64,000 nt of DNA from Octopus bimaculoides (lineage: Eukaryota): NCBI RefSeq assembly GCF_001194135.2, contig NC_068981.1, forward strand, positions 76,913,899 to 76,977,898, in the 5' to 3' direction. The notes below the pieces were generated by a model that worked only from the letters and a program-made list of their open reading frames with translations, made no database searches and was not told where the DNA came from. This document shows, one piece after another, positions 24,660 to 37,317 of the stretch. Within the stretch, counting starts at the first letter, position 1. Every line of letters starts with the position of its first letter. The position numbers were made by a program, and so were the translations under genes.

Positions 24660-24778
24660 CAGAAAAATGGTAGAAACTCTGTTGGCATTAATACAGATTA
24701 TATATGCATATATATGAATCATTCACATATGCATATATAATCTGTATTAATGGCAACAGAGTTTCTACCATTTTTCTG
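24660..24778. repeat. Near-perfect 119-bp DNA palindrome
   Basis: The 52-bp arms CAGAAAAATGGTAGAAACTCTGTTG(G/C)CATTAATACAGATTATATATGCATAT differ at one position; pairing continues almost to the centre near 24720. Confidence 0.95.
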
Positions 24779-25829
24779 TAAATACGAATTTGCTCTTCCA
24801 TTTATTGAAATGACGTGAGTCATATTTGTTTGCAAGTATAATCAGATTTTTCAAAATTTCTCCAAAACGTTCTAAGCTCCCAGATCTTGGTGCATATGCT
24901 AACCCATTATTGCATTATGAGAGTGTTTCAACCACAGATGGAGAAAGCTACTGATAATTCAGTCAGTAGTCTCCCATATAATCAGTGGAATCATATAAAC
25001 CATTAAAGATAACAGGAAATAGAACATGATAGAATACGAATAGAATCTTCTTGGAGTTTAACAAGCAAGTTTGACTCGTCAAAGCCTTCAAGCTTTCTTG
25101 TGAGTTTTTCAATAAGGGGAGACTTGAGTAAATAGCATCACTATACCTCTAAATAGTTACCCAGTAAAACAAATATGGCAGTTTCGAATTATTCAATACC
25201 ATAAGTAATAAAAGTTCGACCTACTAGGACTGGGATTTGGCAAATACATAAATAAATCAAAGAAAGTAATTTCATATGTCAGCTATCTACAATTTTATTT
25301 CACAAGTATATCTGTTTGAGACACAGAAAATCTATCACAATAATTTAAGGTCTTAAGAGATTGGTTGAGGGCTAACTGTTCAACTGTTCTATTAATTAAT
25401 TGATTAAGTAATCAATAATGCATACAAACGGTTGAAAAGTGAGGAACAATACCTCAAGCCGTTTGAAACGTTCGTAACAGTGAATAAATTTATGTAAAAT
25501 CGTAATGTCCAGTTTTGTCTGATTAGTATACACACACACACTGAAGCAGACACAAACACATACATACACATAGACTCACATGCACTAACATAGATAGAAA
25601 GTTACGCACATACATATGTGTGTGTGTGTAATGCTCACAGATTGTGTAAGATACATAGAATTTAAACCGTGCTTACTTTAATTGTGTAGTTTACTTAATT
25701 TGTTCCTGAGACATTTACTAATATTCATTTTAAGCATGTATTCTTTTATTAGATTCAACTCGAGTCATGTACGCCTGAAGATTCACTGCTGTCACTTCAG
25801 TTGTTCCTACAACTTTCGTCTCTCGTTGG

Positions 25830-26260
25830 ATTTTGATCAGTGAAGGTATTTGATTCAGCTGCTCTCATATGTGTCCCTCGCCGTGACTTTGGTACATGTG
25901 AACTATGAGAGATTTTAGAAGGTACGTTATCTGAGGGTTATTTGTGTAAGTTTCCATTCGATCCATGTAAATCTCTCGCGTTTTTCACCTGGACTGAGAA
26001 GTATCCGGCTTTTGAAACTGAAGATAGATAAGTATTTCAGGAGGAGATCAAAGTGTGGAATCTTGGTAATATGCAACTGTATGCACTACGAGGATTAGTA
26101 TATTTTTCATTGCCTAAGTTTTGGGTAATCTTCCCAAGAACTTTCACATGTACATCTTCTTATCGTTTTAGCATTCAGTCTAATCAATATAGTATTATTG
26201 CATTCAGCTTCCCCCAGAGCTTAAATACTCTATAGGAGTAATCTTGATATAGTAATGATT
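25830..26260 (-). mobile_element. CR1-like LINE 3' fragment, decayed
   Basis: KVLGKITQNLGNEKYTNPR...ARDLHG...PKSRRGTHMRAAESNT parallels the C-termini at 4428-4566 and 6020-6260. Confidence 0.5.
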
Positions 26261-26599
26261 TTATTTGTGTACCACTAACGAAGAATCCCAGAAGAATATA
26301 TTCACGTACAGTGGTCACTAAAATTCGAGATTAGTGAATGGTCATTTGTATCGAATAATATTTACAGAATTAGGCAGCATATTTTGCAATGGCATAAGAA
26401 GCAAAAATTATTGTTTGGATTGGAGCTACTCATCGGGGAGAAAACAGAATTCTGGCCTTATTCACACAATACATCATCACGTTATATTTTTGATTACAAC
26501 TTCTACAGCACCAAACTTAAAATATGTGTATGTTTATGCATATAGTTACCCATATAAACGTGATTGCCAGCGTACATGTCAAAAAGCCTCTTAAAGCGT

Positions 26600-27685
26600 G
26601 GAGCAGCTTGTGTTATTTCTCTACATTTAAGATGATCCTACTTGTTTGCAAAAGCTTATGCTACATAAACATACAATGCTAAGACCATTTGATGAAAACA
26701 TTCGGTCTTAGCATAACTACATATATCAACCTGACCGTTGTCAATTACCTAGATGTGTCCCTAGATCTAAATAAGAATATTTATAAACCTTATAGGAAGC
26801 CCAACGATAGACTTAGTTACGTCAATGTGGGTTCCTGCCATCCCCCCATAGTGTTTAAAAATTTAGTTAAAAACATTAGTAAAAGAATTTCTAGCCTCTC
26901 CTCTGATAGGGACATGTTTAATAGCGTTGCCCCAGTTTATAATAAGGTTCTAAAAGATAGTGGTTTTAACGAGAAAATAACCTATACACCTGCCACTAGT
27001 CTAGTAACAAAAACAAGAAAGCATAGGAATAGGCAAAACATCTGGTTCACACACCCCTACTCACCGGAAGTGACCTTCAATATACTTCTTGGCACTGATA
27101 CACAGACACTTTCCACTTAACCATAGTTATAGAAAGATCTTCAACAGACATAACTTAAAAATCAGTTTCAGCTCAATTGCTAATTTTAAAAACATAATCG
27201 CACACAACACACAAAAACCACAATATGAAGCCAGCTGTTCATGCAGAGATAAAAATTTGTGCCCGCTAAATGGAGCTTGCATGTCCGAAACCATCATTTA
27301 TGAGGCCACCGTGGACTCTATATCAACTAAGGACACAATTTCGACGAAGAAACACGTGGGCCTCACGAAGGGTAATTCCAAGGCCAGATTCAATAATCAC
27401 ACTTCGAGTTTCAGGCACTGGGACAAAAGGAAAACGACCAAATTATACAGTCATATATGGTCTTTAAAAGATAAAGGTGTCAGTTACAACATCCATTGGA
27501 AGATCTTAGCCAAGTGTAAACCTTACACCAGCGGCAGCGGAAGGTGCGGTCTCTGTGATATGGAAAGATAGCTCATCTGGAAAGGCAGCTTAGACCCCGC
27601 CACATGTCTAAATTCAAAGACTGAACTTTTCGGATCATGTCCACATGTGGCCAAATATTTGCTACGTTTTTGGTCTCCCTGAGTG
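26600..27685 (+). mobile_element. Penelope-like retroelement, 5'-truncated (RT C-terminus plus GIY-YIG endonuclease), frameshifted
   Basis: FGLSIT..NLTVVNYLDVSLDL..YKPYRKPND..SYVN..SCHPP..KNISKRISSLS; then CSCRDKNLCPLNGAC..IIYEATV..KHVGLT..KARFNNHTSSF..CGLC..ELFGSCPH. Confidence 0.92.
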
Positions 27686-28356
27686 TACTGATAGGACTTG
27701 CTTTCTATATTGTGTCTATGTATAGGCTTTTTATCCTTCCATACTTTTTACTTGGATCTTTTATATTTTTATATTTTTTACATAATTAGAGAGTTAATGT
27801 TTTGCATTTTTTCCACACATATTTTTCTGTTTTCTACCCTCCCCTGTTTTTTCTTGTGCGTCTATAGACACATACAGGGAACCTTATGTGTGCGCTTGTG
27901 AATGTGTGCGTGTGTGAGGGTACGTGTGTATATAGATGTATGTGCGTGCATGCGAAAATATGCGCATATTAGACGCATTTTAACCTTATAGCTTTCTCAC
28001 TTTCTTCTGTTTTTGTTTTTAGCCCTATAATTTTTTTTGCGTGCGTGTGAGGTTGTTGTGTGCGTGTTTGTGTGGGTGTGTATGCGGCTATATATATGTA
28101 TATGTACATAGGTGTATAGTTTTTGGCGAATATGTGGGTGAGCATGTGTGTGTTTCAAGCGAGGGTGGTTTAGTGTATAAATATAGGTGAATGTACGGAT
28201 TGGTGCGCTTACACGAACACTATAGACTTCTCTACTCCCTTACTTTTACCCCTTCTCCTTACTTAGCGGTCTATAGCTCTTTTGTCTTAATAACAGTCAA
28301 CCACACAGTAATTTCCTCTTGTTTTAACGGTCATTTTTCACAGGAATTTTCAATGG

Positions 28357-28423
28357 CAGGATAACTGAAGAGATGTTGTCGTGGGTTCCCACCCCGGCAT
28401 CCGAAATTCGCAGTTTTATCATG
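28357..28423 (+). ncRNA. Type I hammerhead ribozyme with long stem II, slightly decayed
   Basis: CAGGATAA-CTGAAGA-GATG TTGTC GTGG GTTC CCAC CCCGG CATC C-GAAA-TTCGCAG-TT-TTATCATG. Core perfect, stem I GATAA/TTATC, GUU triplet, imperfect stem III. Confidence 0.6.
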
Positions 28424-29244
28424 GCTACCGAATAAGTGTCACATATTTTTACATATATATATGTATATATATATANNNNNNNNNNNNNNNNNNNNNNNNN
28501 NNNNNNNNNNNNNNNNNNNNNNNNNNNNNNNNNNNNNNNNNNNNNNNNNNNNNNNNNNNNNNNNNNNNNNNNNNNNNNNNNNNNNNNNNNNNNNNNNNNN
28601 NNNNNNNNNNNNNNNNNNNNNNNNNNNNNNNNNNNNNNNNNNNNNNNNNNNNNNNNNNNNNNNNNNNNNNNNNNNNNNNNNNNNNNNNNNNNNNNNNNNN
28701 NNNNNNNNNNNNNNNNNNNNNNNNNNNNNNNNNNNNNNNNNNNNNNNNNNNNNNNNNNNNNNNNNNNNNNNNNNNNNNNNNNNNNNNNNNNNNNNNNNNN
28801 NNNNNNNNNNNNNNNNNNNNNNNNNNNNNNNNNNNNNNNNNNNNNNNNNNNNNNNNNNNNNNNNNNNNNNNNNNNNNNNNNNNNNNNNNNNNNNNNNNNN
28901 NNNNNNNNNNNNNNNNNNNNNNNNNNNNNNNNNNNNNNNNNNNNNNNNNNNNNNNNNNNNNNNNNNNNNNNNNNNNNNNNNNNNNNNNNNNNNNNNNNNN
29001 NNNNNNNNNNNNNNNNNNNNNNNNNNNNNNNNNNNNNNNNNNNNNNNNNNNNNNNNNNNNNNNNNNNNNNNNNNNNNNNNNNNNNNNNNNNNNNNNNNNN
29101 NNNNNNNNNNNNNNNNNNNNNNNNNNNNNNNNNNNNNNNNNNNNNNNNNNNNNNNNNNNNNNNNNNNNNNNNNNNNNNNNNNNNNNNNNNNNNNNNNNNN
29201 NNNNNNNNNNNNNNNNNNNNNNNATATATATATATATATATAAT

Positions 29245-29520
29245 ACAGAATGCGACAAGAATGCAAAACATCAAGAGAGTTAGGTGATAAAAGAGAGGGA
29301 CAAAACATCCAGATAGACGATACAAAGAAATCACGGACGGGTCATTCGGAGTTTCCTCCATTCAGTCGAGATCCAGATTACCTTTGCAATTTCGGCTGGT
29401 TATTCCTCGATATTGCTCCAATCTGGCCAACCCCAAGGAAAAACTAAGCTAAAGCATTAGATTCCTTGGAAGAAAGGAGCCAATGTATACAAGAACAAGG
29501 ACGGGAAAAAATCGAACAAT
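29245..29520 (-). mobile_element. Probable PLE-type terminal repeat with a degenerate hammerhead relic
   Basis: CCAGAT...GAAA TTGCAAAG GTA ATCTGG topology at 29373-29426 with a broken core; (TA)n tail on the minus strand. Confidence 0.4.
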
Positions 29521-31199
29521 GTTATTCAAATACAGTAGGAATAATAACAGGACAAACCAACAGATCTTTCGACTATATATATATATGTATATATATATAT
29601 GCTTATATACATGCATACATTCATGAATACATATTTATGTAGGTAGGTAGATAGATAGATAAACTGGATGCATTTGATAAATGTGTGTCTGTGTAATTAT
29701 GAAGCATATAGTTCTTGAATATTACACACTTTAGCCAGGCTATTGTACACACAAAATATGAAGAGAAATTTAACATTTTAGAGTGTCATAAGAAATGGAA
29801 AATTTCTTTTAGCCGAAGGTGATCGACTATAAAATGGAAAATCAATTTATTTTCTCTTCACGATGTTTCATCAAAATATGTGGATGTATGATTGTGTGCG
29901 CGCAGAGCATTTGTATGTGTGATTGTGTATTTGTGTGAATGCATTTACTGTGCATGTACACGTGAATGTGTGTACGTGCGTGTGTGCTTGTGTGTGTGCG
30001 CGCGTGTGTGTGTGTGACGGAGAATGTACATAAAATTCCAGATGGTTCAGCTTTCCACCTTCTGCTTGTATTCGTGACTTTTATGTAAATTTCCTATATA
30101 CAAGCATACATAGATATATATNNNNNNNNNNNNNNNNNNNNNNNNNNNNNNNNNNNNNNNNNNNNNNNNNNNNNNNNNNNNNNNNNNNNNNNNNNNNNNN
30201 NNNNNNNNNNNNNNNNNNNNNNNNNNNNNNNNNNNNNNNNNNNNNNNNNNNNNNNNNNNNNNNNNNNNNNNNNNNNNNNNNNNNNNNNNNNNNNNNNNNN
30301 NNNNNNNNNNNNNNNNNNNNNNNNNNNNNNNNNNNNNNNNNNNNNNNNNNNNNNNNNNNNNNNNNNNNNNNNNNNNNNNNNNNNNNNNNNNNNNNNNNNN
30401 NNNNNNNNNNNNNNNNNNNNNNNNNNNNNNNNNNNNNNNNNNNNNNNNNNNNNNNNNNNNNNNNNNNNNNNNNNNNNNNNNNNNNNNNNNNNNNNNNNNN
30501 NNNNNNNNNNNNNNNNNNNNNNNNNNNNNNNNNNNNNNNNNNNNNNNNNNNNNNNNNNNNNNNNNNNNNNNNNNNNNNNNNNNNNNNNNNNNNNNNNNNN
30601 NNNNNNNNNNNNNNNNNNNNNNNNNNNNNNNNNNNNNNNNNNNNNNNNNNNNNNNNNNNNNNNNNNNNNNNNNNNNNNNNNNNNNNNNNNNNNNNNNNNN
30701 NNNNNNNNNNNNNNNNNNNNTATATATATATATATATATATATATATCGACCTTCGCAGTAATACATACCTACATTTATACAGATATATATGTGTGTGTG
30801 TCTTTATATATGTTTATATGTACATGTATATATGTATATATGTATATATACATATAAACTTAATATATACCTATGTATGTGTTATGTTCCAACATTTTTG
30901 ATGATTTCTATGTATCTGGACATGATCGTACACTTAGAATAATAAATTGCCTAATTCATCAATGCTTCCAGACTAGCTGCGCTTCAAAATCAGGACGGTC
31001 AGTGATGTTTGCTTGTGCACTGTACTTTTATACTGGATGGCTTATGGTTGTGCAGTTTTTCCTGCCAGAAAGTGACCTTAGGAGCGTAAATGTTATGCAT
31101 AATCTGGTATGCTTTCGTAGCTTATATGTCTCACGCTAATTATAGCTTTTGGTCTTTATATGGGTACTGCTTCCGTAATCGAACGTCTATTTCTGTGCA

Positions 31200-31960
31200 A
31201 AATTCTATAGGGTATGATGGGTAAGCTAAAATCTTTGCATGGAGCGGCTTCAATAACGAATTGAATAATCACACTTAAACAACCAAACTCAAAATCAGAA
31301 TGATATTATTGTATTAACCTCCATACAATAAAGATATAATTCTAAATAATTGCAAACAGCTTGCTGAAACTTCTCCACATTCAGCAGACTTTATAAAATA
31401 TTTAATCGAAAATCAGTTAATGTTGTTTGTAGATGTCTGGGTATCTGAGAATCATAGGGTTCTAGCAATAATCAGAAATGCCGAAGCAGAATTGATTAAT
31501 CTCAAATGAAAATTAACAATAAGCAAATGCCAACCTCATTATGCTAAAATGTCTGCCGAAAATGATTTTTTTTAAATTGGTAAATGCAGGGAAAAGACAT
31601 ATGTCGAGTTAACTGCAATGTAATTTAAAACTCGATACAGCCAGAATGACCATTTGTCCATCGCAAAGTATAAAAATAATTCCACTTCATTATCTAAATA
31701 CATTTCTTATCTAAAAGACAGTGATGAAACAAATTTTACAATAAAGTGAGGTTTAATCATTTCTGAGACAGAAAATTCATACAATTTTCCAGGTAGAAAA
31801 TAGTATTTATGAACAAATGAACGTTTCTCAATACCAACACCATCTGCTAATATCTTTAACATGAGTAAAGTAATCATTTCTTATTGATTAACCGTGAGTA
31901 ACTTCAAACTCCAAACATTTAGTCACTTATCTAAACGATACCTGTTTGAATTGCAAGCTG
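31200..31960 (+). mobile_element. Old Penelope-like element fragment (linker plus GIY-YIG), heavily decayed
   Basis: PPYNKD, RLYKIFNRKSV, EKTYVELT..FKTRY, YKNNSTSLSKYISYLKD; homologous to the 26.7-27.6 kb PLE. Confidence 0.7.
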
Positions 31961-32454
31961 ATTGAACGTACAACAGAAATGCAGAGGTAACAACGTAACA
32001 TTCTAAACATGAAATAAATGCCAGGAGAGCAAAATTTGAATTTGGGAAAATTTAATAACAGAGAATTTCCAAAATCCTTGTGTGTTACGTTTCTTCAGTA
32101 TATAATGATCTCCTAACAGTTCCTACGGAGATGTGATATAAATTTCTTATGGACGTTGTATATCAACTAAAATTTCCGATGATGTTAGCGTGTAACGAAC
32201 ACACATCCTAGGATAACTAATGAACGGGATTTGTCCAGGAACCACCTTGGTGTTATACGTTTTTAATACTGAAAAACATTATGTGTCTCCACAGAAGATC
32301 TGTACAAGAGAAAAGATGTAAACAATAACACGAAAACATCCAATAGTACAATATATACTCCAACGAGTATTTAGTAATATATTTCCATTTCGTTATGAAT
32401 TACATAAGTCTATGTATCCGTGATTCTGTATGTACACACGTATGTCTGTATATG

Positions 32455-32487
<33 letters not shown>

Positions 32488-33166
32488 NNNNNNNNNNNNN
32501 NNNNNNNNNNNNNNNNNNNNNNNNNNNNNNNNNNNNNNNNNNNNNNNNNNNNNNNNNNNNNNNNNNNNNNNNNNNNNNNNNNNNNNNNNNNNNNNNNNNN
32601 NNNNNNNNNNNNNNNNNNNNNNNNNNNNNNNNNNNNNNNNNNNNNNNNNNNNNNNNNNNNNNNNNNNNNNNNNNNNNNNNNNNNNNNNNNNNNNNNNNNN
32701 NNNNNNNNNNNNNNNNNNNNNNNNNNNNNNNNNNNNNNNNNNNNNNNNNNNNNNNNNNNNNNNNNNNNNNNNNNNNNNNNNNNNNNNNNNNNNNNNNNNN
32801 NNNNNNNNNNNNNNNNNNNNNNNNNNNNNNNNNNNNNNNNNNNNNNNNNNNNNNNNNNNNNNNNNNNNNNNNNNNNNNNNNNNNNNNNNNNNNNNNNNNN
32901 NNNNNNNNNNNNNNNNNNNNNNNNNNNNNNNNNNNNNNNNNNNNNNNNNNNNNNNNNNNNNNNNNNNNNNNNNNNNNNNNNNNNNNNNNNNNNNNNNNNN
33001 NNNNNNNNNNNNNNNNNNNNNNNNNNNNNNNNNNNNNNNNNNNNNNNNNNNNNNNNNNNNNNNNNNNNNNNNNNNNNNNNNNNNNNNNNNNNNNNNNNNN
33101 NNNNNNNNNNNNNNNNNNNNNNNNNNNNNNNNNNNNNNNNNNNNNNNNNNNNNNNNNNNNNNNNNN

Positions 33167-33202
<36 letters not shown>

Positions 33203-33432
33203 GAGAGAGAGAAACAAATAGTAAATGAGTATATGCATATATACGTACAGGTATGTGCATACCGACATCCACCTGTATGTAGAGGTGCATATCTGTGTAC
33301 AGGACATTGCAAACAAAACGTAGACAAGAAAATAATGATAATCAGAGTACAGAAAACACACAAGCCACATAGAGAACATTTTCCTTCATCAGCTACCCCC
33401 GTTTTAACACCGGCGTTTCATGTATATATAAC

Positions 33433-33612
33433 AATTGCAGCGGGGAAGGTGTTTATAAGCCATTCAAAAACACTTCACTTCAACATTTAATTTGCCGAAA
33501 TATTTTCGTCGCTTTGAGACCGTGACCTGATCACTGACAAAATTCCGTGCTGGCAAATTAACGGTTTTTGTGTCTTTTTAAATGGCTTATAAACACATTC
33601 CACGCTGCAATT
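33433..33612. mobile_element. MITE-like hairpin element
   Basis: About 41-bp IR AATTGCAGCG(G/T)GGAA(G/T)GTGTTTATAAGCCATT(C/T)AAAA (33433-33473 / 33570-33612) plus an inner TTAATTTGCC/GGCAAATTAA pair. Confidence 0.6.
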
Positions 33613-33907
33613 GCTTTGGCTTCAGCACACGATCTCAGATCAGGTAACTCGCAAAGCAAGTACATTTCCGTGATATATATATATGTAAAGCCTGATTTAT
33701 TCGTGATCAGAGGCGTTTGTAAACCGAGGTACTACTGCCTTAAATGAATATGAGAAATATGATCATGCAGACACGTAAAAGAGAACTCAGAATATGAGTA
33801 TATGGTTATATTTATTTACATTCAGTAGGAGAAACTGAGTGATTTAAGATCTGAGAGTTTCGTGCATTGGCAGTCATCAAATTATAATGAATATGTATAT
33901 CTGGTGA

Positions 33908-33948
<41 letters not shown>

Positions 33949-33951
33949 TCA

Positions 33952-34107
33952 TTTTTACTCTATTACTTGTTTCAGTCATTTGACTGTGACCATACTGGAG
34001 AACCACCATTAGTTGAGCAAATCGACCCCAGGACTTATTCTTTTTAAGTTTAGTACTTATTATATCGGTCTTTTCTTGAACCGCTAGGTTACGGGGACGT
34101 AAACACA
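33952..34107 (-). mobile_element. SINE 3' half (octopus-type family)
   Basis: TTGTTTCAGTCATTTGACTG..CCAT.CTGGAG.ACC..GTAAAC; same family as 52784-52945. Confidence 0.7.
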
Positions 34108-34961
34108 GACACACAAACATATATACACACACACACACATNNNNNNNNNNNNNNNNNNNNNNNNNNNNNNNNNNNNNNNNNNNNNNNNNNNNNNNNNNNN
34201 NNNNNNNNNNNNNNNNNNNNNNNNNNNNNNNNNNNNNNNNNNNNNNNNNNNNNNNNNNNNNNNNNNNNNNNNNNNNNNNNNNNNNNNNNNNNNNNNNNNN
34301 NNNNNNNNNNNNNNNNNNNNNNNNNNNNNNNNNNNNNNNNNNNNNNNNNNNNNNNNNNNNNNNNNNNNNNNNNNNNNNNNNNNNNNNNNNNNNNNNNNNN
34401 NNNNNNNNNNNNNNNNNNNNNNNNNNNNNNNNNNNNNNNNNNNNNNNNNNNNNNNNNNNNNNNNNNNNNNNNNNNNNNNNNNNNNNNNNNNNNNNNNNNN
34501 NNNNNNNNNNNNNNNNNNNNNNNNNNNNNNNNNNNNNNNNNNNNNNNNNNNNNNNNNNNNNNNNNNNNNNNNNNNNNNNNNNNNNNNNNNNNNNNNNNNN
34601 NNNNNNNNNNNNNNNNNNNNNNNNNNNNNNNNNNNNNNNNNNNNNNNNNNNNNNNNNNNNNNNNNNNNNNNNNNNNNNNNNNNNNNNNNNNNNNNNNNNN
34701 NNNNNNNNNNNNNNNNNNNNNNNNNNNNNNNNNNNNNNNNNNNNNNNNNNNNNNNNNNNNNNNNNNNNNNNNNNNNNNNNNNNNNNNNNNNNNNNNNNNN
34801 NNNNNNNNNNNNNNNNNNNNNNNNNNNNNNNNNNNNNNNNNNNNNNNNNNNNNNNNNNNNNNNNNNNNNNNNNNNNNNNNNNNNNNNNNNNNNNNNNNNN
34901 NNNNNNNNNNNNNNNNNNNNNNNNNNNNNNNNNNNNNNNNNNNNNNNNNNNNNNNNNNNNN

Positions 34962-34990
<29 letters not shown>

Positions 34991-34993
<3 letters not shown>

Positions 34994-35288
34994 GGAGCAT
35001 TTCTTAGTGATTAGGGTGTTGCATTCACGATTGGAAGATCGTAGTTTCGATTGACAGACCAGGCGTTGCGTGGTGTTCTTCAGCAAAGCACTTCATTTCA
35101 TATTGTTCTACGATCATTTCGTCATCTGACATGTAGCACACGGTGCACTTGTATAGGTGATGTCGGTTTAATGAAGGGAGTGAGCTTATGTGAACACAAA
35201 CATTCGACCACTATAAACAAATCATCTATGTGATTGTTCGGCAAGAAATTGCCGAACCTTCATACGTCGTCTAACGAGGGGAGAGTCC
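34991..35288 (+). mobile_element. tRNA-headed SINE (second family)
   Basis: A-box-like TAGTGATTAGG, B-box-like GTTTCGATT, then TGTTCTTCAGCAAAGCACTTCATTTCA; related to 56985-57090. Confidence 0.55.
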
Positions 35289-35496
35289 ATTATATATATA
35301 TATATATATATAGATCAACAACTAGATTACTCCAGCCTGCAAGAGATAATTATCATCTAATTGTACATGGTGTTAAAATAAGTGCACTGAGCTTGAAAGA
35401 TTGCTTCGAGACACAAGGCACGTTATAAACATCTGCAAAATTCCTGTCTCCACGGCATGATAGTTTTAGTAGCTCTTAATTTAACACTGCGTAAAG

Positions 35497-35542
<46 letters not shown>

Positions 35543-35788
35543 NNNNNNNNNNNNNNNNNNNNNNNNNNNNNNNNNNNNNNNNNNNNNNNNNNNNNNNNNN
35601 NNNNNNNNNNNNNNNNNNNNNNNNNNNNNNNNNNNNNNNNNNNNNNNNNNNNNNNNNNNNNNNNNNNNNNNNNNNNNNNNNNNNNNNNNNNNNNNNNNNN
35701 NNNNNNNNNNNNNNNNNNNNNNNNNNNNNNNNNNNNNNNNNNNNNNNNNNNNNNNNNNNNNNNNNNNNNNNNNNNNNNNNNNNNNNNN

Positions 35789-35838
<50 letters not shown>

Positions 35839-36119
35839 GAATTTAGGTTAAAATGTATGTATACATTTCTTATTTTGCATAATTAATGTAATTGTTCTTG
35901 TTTATAACCTGCGTAATTACAAAATTCTACTTATTCCCTGCTTGTGTTGATTATTGTTTCTCTATAATTTAGTTTTATTACTCAACTAGACGAGGTTTAA
36001 AATATTGATGAGGTCACGAGTTTGAGTGCCCAGCCGCACTTGTTGTAATTAGAAAGTCTTGTATTCATCATATAGTCACGGTATTCACAAGATTGCTTTC
36101 ATTCACTCGAAATCTTAAT

Positions 36120-36379
36120 AATACCAACAACAATAATGATATTAACAACAACAATAACAACAACAACAAGAATACTAATGATGATGATGATAATTATGGA
36201 AATAATAATAATTCCTCTTAATGTTGGCAGGAAACTAGAAGCAAAATGATGATGATGATGATAAGTAGGAAGAGAAGGAGAAAGGGGAGGAGGTAGTCAA
36301 GGAGGAGGAGAACAATAACCAAAACACTAACAAGAAAAAGAAAAAGAATATGAAGAAGAAGAAGAAGAAGAAGAAGAAG

Positions 36380-36410
<31 letters not shown>
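36120..36410. repeat. Compound (AAC)n/(GAT)n/(AAT)n/(GGA)n/(GAA)n tract
   Basis: Directly visible. Confidence 0.9.
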
Positions 36411-37261
36411 TATCAATACTATATTGTCAACCAAAGACTATTCATGCCCACCATATTATTATTCGAATGCATACAGATGCATGCATGCGTGAGTATGTGT
36501 GTATGCATACCGTTGTGTGTGTGTGTGTGTGTGTGTGCGTTTTTGTCCTTGAAGTTATGTAGTCGAAATAAGTGTTAGCAAGTATATTCGACGCATAAAA
36601 CAAATTACATCCAAAGAGATGTAAGAGCATCCACCCACATGAATTCGAAGGCACCTGCTGCTGCGAAACAAGGCCTAATAAATCTTTATATCTAATGACA
36701 TCTTAGCAGTTTTTGCCTCAGGCAATCCGTGCAGGGATTTATATGTTCCTGACTGCATTTCTTCTGTCATTGAGATACTCCTGATCTGAGTGGGCTAAAC
36801 AATCTATGATTTAAGGTCAGTGTCTTGCTGTCCTACTCCTCAATATCATTCGTTTTGTTTTAAATCTAGTATTACATTTTGCAGGATGCAGGTAAACTGA
36901 CGGGTCGGCACCGTTTCGTAGAGAATAGCATCAAACTGTTTGTTTTCTTTTCATCCGTGTTTATTGTTTTCTTAGCCATTTTTCTTTTCTTGTTGTTACC
37001 GACGTTTTCGCCATTTTCACTTGTCTCCTCCCCTTCCCAACAGGTGTAATACGATTAATTTATACTCGTCTTCATAACCAGTCTTGTGCGTGACAATGAG
37101 GCCCTTTACTTCTCGATCATTTTCAGGCTCTGGTGTTGATAGTACTGAGGATGAAGTGGTTTTATTAACTTCTACTCTGCAGCTCTCACCTCTGTGTACT
37201 TGGGTTGTTGCCGCTGTTAAATATAATGCAGCCTACTATCTATCCTATCTGTTCTCTCTTT

Positions 37262-37317
<56 letters not shown>

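Noticed and set aside
36915-36960. Minus-strand TTGATGC...CGAAACGGTGCCG
   Set aside because: Lacks G8/A9, U16.1 and stem I.
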